Shown here in pieces: positions 39,694 to 51,179 of a stretch of 64,000 bases of DNA. The notes under the pieces are model-generated. The model saw only the letters and a list, made by a program, of their open reading frames with translations. It was not told the DNA's origin and did no database searches. The first letter of the stretch is position 1. Each line of letters begins with the position of its first letter. The position numbers and the translations under genes are program-made. Location: assembly GCF_018350175.1 (NCBI RefSeq), contig NC_058382.1, positions 56,236,001 to 56,300,000 on the forward strand. Direction: 5' to 3'. This DNA is from Felis catus. Lineage: Eukaryota.

Positions 39694-40079
39694 AGGAAGG
39701 CTGTATTCTATATGAGGCTTTGTCTTTATTGAAACATATAGTTGTGCAAGAAAAATGGACCAGGGCTCAAATCTTGGTTTTGTCATTCACAAACTGTATG
39801 TGGGGGGCACCTCCTTTGCCCTCTCTGAGCCTCAGTTACCTCATCTATAAACTGGGGTCAAAAAAGCACCTCATTCATTGTGCAGATTAAATAAGATAAT
39901 GTATATAAAATGCCTAACACTTAGCCTTGCGTGTGGAAAGTGTTCAGTTCACATTAGCCATTATCATTATCAGCTAATGTGGCTATTATCGCCATAAGAA
40001 TTATATCCCAGAACAGAATGATCAGCTTAGTTCGTCAAATATTCATATGGCTTCAACAGTGTGCTCAAACCAAGGTAGG

Positions 40080-40680
40080 TGTTGTCACCAAAGACACACA
40101 AGAAAGTTCCTAGCAGCAATATGTTGAGAGCCCCAAACTGGAAGTAGCCTGATACCCATCAAGCAGAATAGAGGCGCCTGGGTGGCTCAGTTGGTTAAGC
40201 ATCTGACTCTTCATTTCAGCTCAGGTCATGATCTCATAGTTTGTGGCATTGAACCCCACATTGGGCTCTGCACTGACGTGCGGAGCCTGCTTGGGATGCT
40301 CTCTCTTCCTCTGCCCCCCTTTCTCCCTGCCTCAAAATAAGTAAATAAACATTTAAAAGAGTAAAATAGATAAATTCATTATAGCCACATACTGGAACAC
40401 TACACTGTGGTTTAGATTAACTGTTGTGACTCGCAGCCACATGGATGCATACCACAGCCATGATACTGAGTGGAAGAATCCAAATACAAAAGAACACAGC
40501 CTCCAAGGAGGAGGGTGGGATTTGTACTCAGGAGGGAGGGGAAGGGCTAGTATTTTGTATCTGGGCCTTGGCACTCAGGACATGGGCACACCCATGTTAT
40601 GGAAATACATCAAGTTGTACATTCTAATTTCAGTGTGTTTCTGTATCTGTGTTATGCTTCAGTGAAAGGTTTGCTAAACA
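40080..40680 (+). mobile_element. Old L1 3' UTR fragment, interrupted by a SINE
   Basis: caccaaagacacacaagaaagttcctagcagca…gccccaaactggaa…ccatcaa. Confidence 0.65.
40171..40358 (+). mobile_element. Can-SINE
   Basis: gaggcgcctgggtggctcagttggttaagcatctgactctt head; A tail. Confidence 0.92.
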
Positions 40681-41235
40681 AACTAGGCTGCTCAGCAGAG
40701 AGCTAAGAAAACAAAAGTGGGGTGAGGAAAGAAAACAAGGAGTACAATTGTGTGCTTGCCTGTAAGAACAGCTACTTTTCCTGATCCTTCCCATACATGA
40801 CTTAGCCGCTCAACTATAGGAATTTTGTTCACATCTATCCTGCCACTGAATTAATCTGGGCCAGGCACCATTGGTACAACACTAGACTAACTGGTTTTCT
40901 TGGCCTGCCTTCTTTTCTCCAAACCACTCTCTAGAACCCAGAGCCACTAGTATCTTAAAAGATCCTGTGCATCTCTGCGTCCTCAGTCCTTAGCACCTGC
41001 CTGGAACATGAAAGGTCATCAAGGATGGATCTAGAAAGAATAAAGTCCTCCGGCACAATCAGAGCCAGAGGGCTACAAGGGAGTGCCGTGGGATAAGGGG
41101 GAGCATTTGTAGATCTGGGTGGGGAGCAGTAATCCACATTTAATGGTCAGAGATATCTCCGGACTAAGCTGCCCGACCTACTCATATTCTTTCTGTTTTT
41201 GTTCATCTGTTTTTTGTTTTGTTTTGTTTCCCCAG

Positions 41236-41444
41236 TGACCTTCAATGACTGCAAGGGAAATAACAAGCTACACTATGAGGTCTCAAGCCCATACTTCAAG
41301 GTGAACCATGACGGCAGCTTGGTTGCTCTGAAAAACATAAGTGCAGTGGGCAAGACTCTGTTCGTCCACGCCCGGACTCCCCATGCAGAAGACATGGCAG
41401 AACTCGTGATTGTCGGAGGGAAAGACATCCAGGGCTCCTTGCAG
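41236..41444 (+). CDS. CDH13: CDH13 (T-cadherin) internal coding exon, equivalent to human exon 3, prodomain region
   Basis: Long U-rich pyrimidine tract ending ccccAG (41234-41235); donor CAG|GTAACA (GT at 41445-41446); 209 bp, phase 1 in and phase 0 out. Translation (L)[69 protein letters not shown] matches recalled human CDH13 residues ~53-122 ([70 protein letters not shown]). Confidence 0.97.
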
Positions 41445-41539
41445 GTAACATAGCTGTTTGGGACAAATGGGGTCCACAGAGGAAACCTGGGGTCTTTATG
41501 TCTTATTGTGGAAGATAGTTCTTTGGTTTATTACTGGCC

Positions 41540-42340
41540 AAGACGTTTCTGTCATTGCAAATGACAGAAACCCAACTCAAAAAACTATGGGAGGGGATAT
41601 GTGAGAATTTACTGGCTAATGTGACAGATATTTGGGGGATGACTCTGCCTTCAGGCAAGGTTATGTACCTATGCCCGAATAGGACATCAGCTTCATCCTT
41701 CCCCCTTTTGTGGTTCTATTTTCCTTCTGTTGGCTTTGCTGTAGATAGTCGCATCCCTCTATGTCTTCCAGTGTAGAGGTCTCAGCAGCTCTACTGAGCT
41801 CTACTCATTTTCCCAGCCTAAAGTCACCTGAGAGAGCACCTGTTCCTGATAATGCCAACAAATTCTTGAAATCAAATCTCTCTGGTTCTCATTGGAACGC
41901 ATGTCCACCCTTGAACCAATCACTGTGTCCATTGGGTAGCGATGCTCTAGTTAGCTAAGTCTGAGTCACACATCTTATCCTTTTTTTTTTTTTAATGTTT
42001 ATTCATATTTTGAGAGACAGAGCATGTTTGGGGGAGGGGCAGAGAGAGAGGGGGGCACAGAATCCAAAGAAGGCTCCAGGCTCTGAACTGACAACACAGA
42101 GCCCCACGTGGGGCTCGAACTCACAGACTGTGAGATCATGACCTGAGCTGAAGCTGGACGCTTAACCGACTGAGGCCCCCCAGGGGCCCCAGAGTCACAC
42201 ATCTTATCTTGAAGCCAGGTGGAGTCAGCCCCACCTAAGACCTGTGAGCCCAGAGCGAAAGACAGGTAGTTACTCAAAGTAAATTAGCATCCTGTTATCT
42301 GAGGGTGGGGAATGGTGGTTGTGCAGGCAAGATCACAGTG
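41540..42340. mobile_element. MaLR (MLT1J-like) LTR, interrupted by a SINE
   Basis: ttgcaaatgacagaaacccaactcaa…gaatttactggct…ccttgaaccaatcactgtg. Confidence 0.7.
41981..42190 (-). mobile_element. Can-SINE (SINEC_Fc type)
   Basis: Perfect TSD gagtcacacatcttatc at 41963-41979 and 42192-42208. Confidence 0.94.
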
Positions 42341-42481
42341 GCCCACTAGGGTTGTATAGCAAGGCAACCATTCCTTTTGGCACTGCTCCTTTGCCATGCC
42401 CTGGTGCCCACTCCAGACACACATGGGTGCAGTTCCCTACACCTGCATGCATGCTTCCACACTTTAAGAGTGCTACAAACT

Positions 42482-42684
42482 GGGGGCACCTGGGTGGTTC
42501 AGTCGGTTGAGCATCTGACTCTTGATTGCGGCTCAGGTCATGGTCTCACAATTTGTGGGATCCAGCCCCACACAGGGCTCTGTGCTGACAGCGAGGAGCC
42601 TGCTTGGGATTCTCGCTCCCCCTCTCTCTTTGCTCCTCCCCTCCACTCTCCCAAAATAAACAAATAAACATAAAAAATTTAAAA
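42482..42684 (+). mobile_element. Can-SINE
   Basis: Perfect TSD aagagtgctacaaact at 42466-42481 and 42685-42700. Confidence 0.94.
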
Positions 42685-45600
42685 AAGAGTGCTACAAACT
42701 GCCCTTTAGGCTTCCTGAGGCTTTTCACTACAAATGGACTCACCTACTCCACTTTCCTCAAGAGCTTAAAGACTCTGTGGTTTCTTGGTAGAAAGACAAG
42801 GCACACAGCAAGACAAGGCACATGCTGTGCCCCCAGCGTGGTGTGGCCAGAGTTTTCTCCTGCTTGACAGTCTGGTGTTAACCCAGTGTTTCCAAGTCTT
42901 GATTTTCTCTGCCTTTCCCCGTCTGTCACATTCCCCATAACTTTGCTGAATCTGCTAATTCTCGTCCGTGGTGGAGGGCGGCGGGTGGAGTGAACACCGA
43001 TTCTACGACTGGGGAGCGGAGACCACGTAACTGGCAATGTGAGTGTTGCTTTCCTGCCAGTGCTGTCTGTGTGATCTTGAAAGAATCATAAAACTTCTTT
43101 ATCTGCAGACTGGAGGGGTAAAACAGTCTGGGATGGCAAATAAGTGGCATGTGCAGTGGCCCATTCTGTCACCATCCTCCTGGCAGACATTGCTAATTAT
43201 CCCTGGCTTGACCTCAGTATCTTCCCCAATGCAGTGCTTCTGGAAGCTACTATCCGTTGATCATTTAGAGATGTTTCTAGGGATGGAATATATTTGCCAT
43301 CCCTGGACCGGACAAACTCCTTAATTCCCCTTCATATCTGTGAGTCTGTGCGTTAAGGGTAGATAGCAAGCTAGAAATTAATCCACAGTGTGCCACTGAT
43401 ATTTTCAAAGAAAATAGGATATTGATGAATACATCCAGTGTGGGAACCCACTGGCACTACGAAAGCAAGCTTGTCTCTCCCTTAGCCATGGTCATTTTCA
43501 CAGCATCTCACTAACTCATGATATAAATGACTTGGCACATATCTAAAGTAACAAAATTGCGGGATATACAGCACAAAGTGCTTCTTAGGAACAAGTAAAT
43601 GGCACATGGATTCACGTAAGGGGGTTTGCATGTGGGATGGGATGTGTTCAGACGGACATTGTTCATCATGGTTAGTGGCTCATCTCTGCATCCAGAAAAG
43701 ACAATGTCATACTAGTTTCAAGGGGAGCAGCAAGAATTCTAGGCACTTCTTGGGACACATTCCACCTTGACAGGCTGGGGAGGCCTGGGGGTCAATGTGA
43801 AGAGACTCAGCCTTGAAGAACTGGTCTCTTGAGTCCCAGAGAGACCCTCCTCCTGGAGGCCAAGCCCCTTCAGAGCCATTTCTCATTTGCCACTGCCTGT
43901 GCACATTGTCAACAAAACCTGACTGTGATTGCCTGCTTCTTATAAAGCACGGTGGAGGCTGCCGTGCTGTTCGGTTTGCCAGACTCCAGCAGAACGGGCA
44001 TTCATCTCCTGCCTCCAGTAATTTTACAAAGTTCGAAAATGGGCCTGTGAAACACCCCACATGCATCTGTAATAAAAAGCCCAAAACAATTAAAAAAGAA
44101 AAAGGATAGGAAAACAACGTAGCTAGCTAGAGAATTCCTCCAAGGAGAGCGCCATCCTTAGAGATGTTTATTTAATATCTTTGAAGCCCTACGACATGCT
44201 GCCAAGCGTCCAGCTTCTAGAGAAGGGAAGCAATGGGACCCAAGTCAGCTCAGCTCGTGGGTGGGAAGGGAAAATGAATGAGTATGTTGAAAAAGAACCG
44301 AGCCAGTGGCAGTGCTGACTGCTGCCTTGTGCCTTTAGAAAATAGAGAGGGCAGAAGAAGCTGGAAGACAGCTTGCTTGTACGTGGCCCTACTGTGTGCC
44401 AGGTGCCGCTCTCATGAACCACAAACGGTGATTCGTTAAATCTCCCCGCCACCTAGGGGGGCATGTGCTAGTGTCCTCATCTTACAGATGGGGGAAACTG
44501 AGACACAAAGAGCGTTTGCATCTTAGGTGTGTGCATCTCAGTGTGTGCTTTAGTCTCCACTGTTTTTAACTGTCGTGCCCTCCCTGTGGGGCTGCTGACT
44601 TTACCCCTTCCTACGGATGTGAGAAGTTGGCCAAGATCCCCTAGCTTGAAGCTGCCAGAAATGAGATTGTGATCTGGCCTCTCCATCCAAACATCCATTC
44701 TCTTTCCTGCCCATTCTTCAACAGAGGAGGGCATGAGTCATGGCAATACAGTAGCAATGGAAGAAACCAACAAATGGAAAGTGTGTTTGGGTGGAGGAAA
44801 AAGCCAGGATTTAGTGTTTGGGTAACTCCAAGCTTTGGAGGCCCAGAGGATGGAAATGAATTCGACCAGTCAGAAAAGGGGTGGTCGGGAAAGGACTTGG
44901 TTCAGTCAGGCTTGGGTGTGTTGAGTGCTCCTAGGCACATGGTGATAGAGATGTCCAGGAGACAATAGGGAATATGGGACTAGGTCTCAGGATATACATT
45001 TTGGGCAAGAACAGTATACTGGTAGGGCTTTGGCTTTGGTGTTGAACTTAAGTAGGTTCAAATTTCTGCACCACCACCTGTGATTGTGTGACCCTGGGCA
45101 TGCCATCCAACTCTCTAACCCTCAATATCCTTATTTTGAGACAGGGGTAAGAGTAGAGCCTGCATTACAGAATCATTCTGTTGGGCACAGCACAGAGCAC
45201 CAGGGGACCTATCCCAATGATGTCATCATATTGGAACCTCCAGAGAAAGGATAGGTACTGGGGGTTAAATGACCTCCCTGAGGCCAGGAGATAGAAGGCT
45301 GAGTTTACGGCAGGAGGAGAAAGTGAAGCCAAAGAAAGAAAAAGAAGGTGTGCTCAGAGAGCACAGGGTGTCCAAAACAGATGTCATATCAAAGTGGCTG
45401 ATTTCACAGCATTCTGTTTTGGAAGGCAGGACTCTCTAAAATGAATGTAAGCCCAGTGAAGCCCAGCTCAGCTGCAGTCCTGGAGCTCAGATCTTTAACA
45501 ACCCCATGCATCTCTCATATTTTTATACACTACCTGCGATACTGTTTCACCCAGAAAGCCTGTAGCCTAACCGTATGAAGTCCAGGTGTTAATAGCTTTA

Positions 45601-47881
45601 ATTATCAATCCCAAGCTGTCTCTGCAATTTCAGCAGGCTTCCCAGAAGCTCCTATCTGTCTGGGCTCGTACCTGTAAGATCAGCTTAGACCTGAGAGGGA
45701 AGAAGAACATATTAGTCCCTTGTGTGTTGACAGGGGTGGCGGGATTCCAAAGGAAAGGACGAGGCTAACCATGCCTGCGAGAGTGGTTTCTAGCCTGGGG
45801 AAGGTAACAGTAACCTCCACTCACGAAAGCATGTCTGGCAGATCGTGGCTTGCCCCGCACCGAATCTGCTGTCCCTCACTGCCTGACAGTGGAGAAGGGG
45901 AAGACAGCAGAGTGCTTGGCTTGATTTTCTTATTTTTACCTTGGCTAGAAGGGCTCCAAAGGTTTCTATGGGAAAGCCCTGGTTCATCCCTTATGCGTCT
46001 TGGGTAAAGGTGTCTTCACCTGCCGTGGCAATGGGACTCATCAACCTCATTTTCACATCTGGCATTTAAAAAAAAAGCCATATCTTAATTTATTTTTTGT
46101 GACTTAAGAAATTGTAGCTTCGATGACTGTGGATGATAGCAAGGAACACTGACGTCAATTACAGAACTGGACGAAGTCAGGCTGGGAAGTAGGAACAGCA
46201 GGGAGCTTGTAGAAATTAATTCTGAATTCCAGCTTGAGGGCTAACGAGACTGTGTCTAGTCGCTTCTTCTTGAGCTGCAGGCGTTCACACTCTAAGCAGC
46301 TGTAGAATTTAGGTGCCTGTGACCTGGACGGCTGGGTGCTCACGAGCAAAAGCGCACGATGCAGCAGGAGGGAGAGTTGTGGGGGCCCACGGGCTGCGGG
46401 CTTGGATCTGCTGCTCTGCCCTGTCACACTGGGGCCGTGACTTAAGTGCAAATCTGATCACTTTACTCCTCGCTTAATGGGACCTTGCTTGCTCATCAGC
46501 CACTTGGCCACTGGAACGATATTCTGTAGTCTTCATAGATATCTGCAAAGGCCCTTCACGGTCTAGCCTGGCTGGTCTCCGCAGCCTTCCCTCAGGTCTG
46601 GTTCCCGTCATCTTTAAGTGGCTTGACCTGCTGGAATGTTTGACCTTTCAGAGCTCTCCCTGCCCCCTGTTCCAAAGGAGGGTCTCCATTGCTAACAGTG
46701 GGTTTGCTCCTTCATGGTCTTCTTCTTAGCTTGTAAAGTATGCACTTATTTCTTTGTTCAGGTGTTTAAAGTCTGGCTCCCTGTTAAGACTGCAAGCTCT
46801 CTGAAGGCAGGAATATAGTCTCTTTCCTTCCTATTTCCTTCTTCCCTCCATTCCTTTCTTCCTTTCTTCCTTCCTTCCTTCCTTCTCTCCTCATGTGTCC
46901 ACGGCTCTATCCCCAGCACCCAACACAGTTCTGGACAGATAGTTAGTATTCAGTATATATCTTTTGAATAAATGCATGAGTAGAACACATGACCCCTTTC
47001 ACACCACTCCCCACATGGAACTCTGGGCTCTTCGCCCTAATACCAAACCACTGTGGTTTCTTGAACTGGCCAAGTTCTCCCTTCCATTCATGTTGGCTGC
47101 TCCTCCCTCTGGATTATTCCCCGCTTTGCTATGGCCCCAGTTGCCCCATGGCCAGGACCAATTCACATGGCTAGCTCCTTCAATACTTGTGGACCGGCCA
47201 AGATCTTTAGGGCCACCACTCTGACCGCCCCCCTCTGGCTCATTATGTGTTTTTTTCCTCCATGCTCCTCATAGAACCCTGCCTGGCTCACCGCCCCTCC
47301 CACCCCCTCCCCACCCCCCGTCTTAGCACTAAATTTTAACTGCCTGGTTTATTTCTGCTGGTTCCCATCTCCGTTCTGAACTCCTGAACTCAGGGGCCTG
47401 GCTTCGGCGATGTCTTGGTGTGGTTCCCAGTGCCGCATTCCCTGCCTCGGCTCTGGTTCGCTCAGCCGTGAGATGGGTTCCTAACAGGATCAACCTCATA
47501 GAGATGTCGTGAGGATTAAGTGAGCAAATACATGCAAAGCATTTAGAACAGCGCCCAGCACAAAGTAAGTGCCATGCAAATGTCAACGATTCCTCATCAC
47601 TCTGTGTCATCAGTCAGACTGTAGTAAATGCTCGGGGAGTGAGCCTAGCAAATCACGACGACACAGGCCTCCCTCCCTTCCCATTATGACCATTCTATTT
47701 GGTCTACAAGCTGGAGGGACTCAGGATGACCTGCGAACCTAAACAGTCACTGTTCTCAGTCCTCAGGTGTCCACTGTGTGTGAAGCCCTGACCAGTCTTT
47801 CGGCAGAGGGTTCTTGATTTCTGTGGGTCCACTTAATAAGCACCAACAGTCTTGGCAGCACGTAAATGCTAATTATGAACA

Positions 47882-47996
47882 GGGGAGCCAAGCTGGCTCG
47901 GTTGGTAGAGCGTACCACTCTTGATCTCGGGATTGCAGGTTCAAGTCCCATGCTGGGTATAGAAATCATGTTTAGAAACTAATTAAAGAAAAAAAA
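47882..47996 (+). mobile_element. Short tRNA-Lys-like Can-SINE
   Basis: ctggctcggttggtagagc…ctcttgatctcggg…ggttcaagtccca then A tail; diverged TSD …atgaaca on both sides. Confidence 0.8.
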
Positions 47997-48630
47997 GGTA
48001 ACGATGAACAATTTACCCTTCTTAACTAGACGTCAGTACACGGTGTTCGGTAAAGGGAAGCCGGTCTTTGAATCAAGTTGCTTAATTAAATGCAAAAAAA
48101 AAAATTATTTCCCCCCTTTTTTTGTGACTTAAAAAATCCCTCCCCAAAATAAAATGAATAGAGGAAGTGATGACAGAAACGGAAAAAGCTAAATTTAAGG
48201 CTTGTTTATCTTGATGGATCATCACCATTGTAAACACTTACGTTAAAAGACGTAAGTTCGGCTCCTAACCCGGTTTCAAGAGTCAGGATGGAAATAGTTC
48301 CAAAAAAATAAAATGAAAGGAGCAATCAGTGGAAGGGATAGCTTGAGAGAAACCGTTGTTTTTGTTTTTAAAGTTTTAAATAAAAATGAAAAATCAACTG
48401 CTGAGAATATTGCTGCTAATTCTTTCTTGACCCTGCTGGGGTTTACAACGCAAATCCATTGCCTACAGATAGTAGGCTTCCATGTGTCAAGTGCCTCCAG
48501 GAAACTGTGGTCTGGGGTCTCCCAAGCAGGGGCTGGATACCTACTGTCACTGCCTGTGCTTGTGCTCTGTGACCTTTAGCTGAGCTGTGGATGATCTTAA
48601 GGGGGACCTGAAATGACCCAAAATGGAGGG

Positions 48631-49094
48631 TTTTTTTAATCATGTTTATTTAGTTATTTTTTGCAGTTTTTATTTTATTTTTGAGAGGGAGAGAGGGAGG
48701 GAGAGAGAGAGAGAGCGAGAACAAGTTGGGGGCGGGGGGGCAGAGAGAGAGACGCACAAGCCGAAGCAGGCTCCAGGCTCTGAGCTGTCAGCCCAGAACC
48801 TGATACAGGGCTCAAACTCGTGAACCAAGAGATCAAGACTGAGCCAAAGTTGGAAGCTTAACCAACTGAGCCACCCAGGTGCCTCTTTTTATGTGTATTT
48901 TTTGAGAGAGAGAGTGAGAGCGAGTTGGGGAGGGGCAGAGAGAGAGGCACAGAGGATCTGAAGCAGGTTCTGCACTGACAGCAGAGAGCTGGAGGCAAGG
49001 CTCAAACTCACGAAGTGTGAGATCATGACCTGAGCTGAAGTTGGACACATAATAGGCTGAGCCACCCAGGCGCCCTGCAAAATGGAGCTCTAAT

Positions 49095-49152
<58 letters not shown>

Positions 49153-49180
49153 ATTTTTAAAGATGTTTTATTCATTTTTT

Positions 49181-49218
<38 letters not shown>

Positions 49219-49604
49219 CAGAGTGAGCAGGGAAGGGGCAGAGAGAGACACACAGAATCTGAAGCAGGCTCCAGGTTCTGAGCTGTCAGCACAGAGCCCA
49301 ATGCAGGGCTTGAACTCACAAACTGTGAAATCATGACCCAAGCTGAAGTCAGGCACTTAACTGACTGAGCCACCCAGACATCCCCCAAATGGATCTCTAA
49401 TCACATAGTTTTAAAATTTTTTTAATGTTTATTTTTTGAGAGAGAGAGGGAAAGAGAGGGGAGGGGCAGAAAGAGGCAGACAGAGGATCCAAACCAGGCT
49501 CTGCACTGATATCAGAGAGCCCAATGTGGGGCTTGCCCTCACGAACAGTGAAATCATGACCTGAGCTGAAGTCAGACAAGTGACTGAACCACCCAGATGC
49601 CCCC
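48631..49604 (-). mobile_element. Array of four co-oriented Can-SINEs (48631-48885, 48886-49077, 49150-49386, 49408-49604)
   Basis: Four reverse-complement SINEC bodies, each ending …ccacccag(g/a)…cc; shared flank aaatgga(g/t)ctctaatcacata. Confidence 0.93.
49098..49149. repeat. (TA)n microsatellite, about 26 units
   Basis: Direct reading. Confidence 0.95.
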
Positions 49605-50561
49605 AGTTCTTTTTAAAAAAATATCATGCCTAGCCCTGGGCTAACGGAAGGTCTCAATCACAAATTGTTTACTCTTAGGTGAAGTACGCAGTGAGTTGCT
49701 ATTACTTCTGTATATTTCTTCCCCATCTTTCCTGATCTCACACATTCTAGACAAAAATATTTTTGCACATGTGTTACTGAGATAAACTCCAGTTTTTACA
49801 AAATCTGAGCGAGCCATTTGAATCCTATTTCTCTGGGCCCTTGTAGCATCTAGCCTCCGAGGCTCCTGTCATGCGGCACAGAAGGGACTTGACTTCCATT
49901 TGTTTAAAGCATCCCTGAGAATGAGAGCCACCAGCTTATGGTAATTGCCTTGTTTCAAGATCTTATCACATTGACTGGGAGTGGCTTGGAGTCTGCCAAG
50001 CTGGTCAGTGACATCGATCTCACTCACATGAAATATGTTTTACAACCATCGCAGCAGAGAACCAATCTGTGCATTTACAGTGGCCGTAAAGTGGGGAGTT
50101 AAAGCCGTGTATACGCTCTGATTTAACACGTGTGATAACTTCAAAACTCTGTGAAGTATCCCTGTATGGCAAAAGGCTCCCCAGTTACTATTAGGAGAAT
50201 TCATGTCCTTTTAACTGCCTCCAAAATTTGGGGAAATACATAGCTCAAAAATTATGATTCAGATCCAAGAATTGGGCCTAGAGTAAGGTATTAGGCTGTT
50301 ACACTGTGACACATGCCTAAATTGTTCAGTTTATGATTCTTTGCTCCTGGATACTATTCAAATACAGATAAAAAGACATCCTTTGATTCATTAATTTAAG
50401 TATATAACAGATTGCTTTGTGGATCAGAACTAAGAGAACTGTATACTGAAGATTAATTTTAATCGAAATGCTTGGGGAAAAATAACCGATCCTGCAGTAA
50501 GTCTCCATCATTAAAAGCAGCTTCTTCTTGGCTTGTGAAAACAGGATTTTGTGTCATTCAT

Positions 50562-50838
50562 CAGTGTGGTCCAACAGAAAAATAATGCGAGCCACATATG
50601 TGATCTTAAGTTTCCTTAGAGTAACACAATCATATACACACAATCAGTGTATACATGTGGGGTTAAATTTCATAAATACAGATTTTCTCTCTCTGAATGA
50701 ATGAAATTTTTAAAAGATATATTACCTTTGTAATTCAGTGTATGCTTTCTGCTTATAGCACCTCTTAACACAGATTAGCTAGATTTTGAAGTGAGTAATA
50801 CCTACAGGTGGCAAATGGCTTCCAATGGAATACGTCTG
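50562..50838. mobile_element. MER33 hAT-Charlie MITE
   Basis: gtccaacagaaaaataatgcgagccacatatgt…gcttatagcacctct…tagctagattttgaagtg. Confidence 0.75.
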
Positions 50839-51179
50839 CCCTGGAGTTTTCCAGAAACATTTATGGATTTTGAAAGAGGCCTTTGCTGAGTGCCTACCAC
50901 CCTGAGGGCATTGTCTTAGATGTTCTCACGCATACATACGTCTGTTTCTCTGACCCTCATGGCCAGCATGGGCCAGTGGTAATCTGGTTCCTACCTTGCA
51001 GATGTGGAAGGAGCCCAGGTGCAGAGAGGTTGAGTAATTTAGCAAACATCATTTGCACCGAGTGGCAGAACTGGGAGCTGGGCCTGGGCCTTCGGATTTT
51101 CTGCAGTCACTGCTATTTTGGTAATACTGACATTTACGATGAGACCGGTGCTTTTTTCTATTCTCCTGTAAAGACTATG

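Larger units (their letters stand above)
1..41235 (+). other. CDH13: CDH13 intron upstream of the exon (intron 2, partial)
   Basis: The preceding exon (…EDLDCTPGF…DQSILN) is not seen in the ORF track; CDH13 is known for very large introns. Confidence 0.85.

Noticed and set aside
41199..41453. 84-aa ORF as a standalone gene
   Set aside because: Its N-terminus ([11 protein letters not shown]) is the translated pyrimidine tract and its end runs into the donor site; only 41236-41444 is coding.
44447..44465. CTCF-like motif gccacctaggggggcat
   Set aside because: One G too many for the CCASYAGRKGGCR core, and it lies in MIR-derived sequence.
47882..47960. tRNA-Lys-like gene
   Set aside because: Has a SINE-type gggg leader, A tail and TSD, and the stems do not pair well; it is a short Can-SINE, as is 39225-39328.
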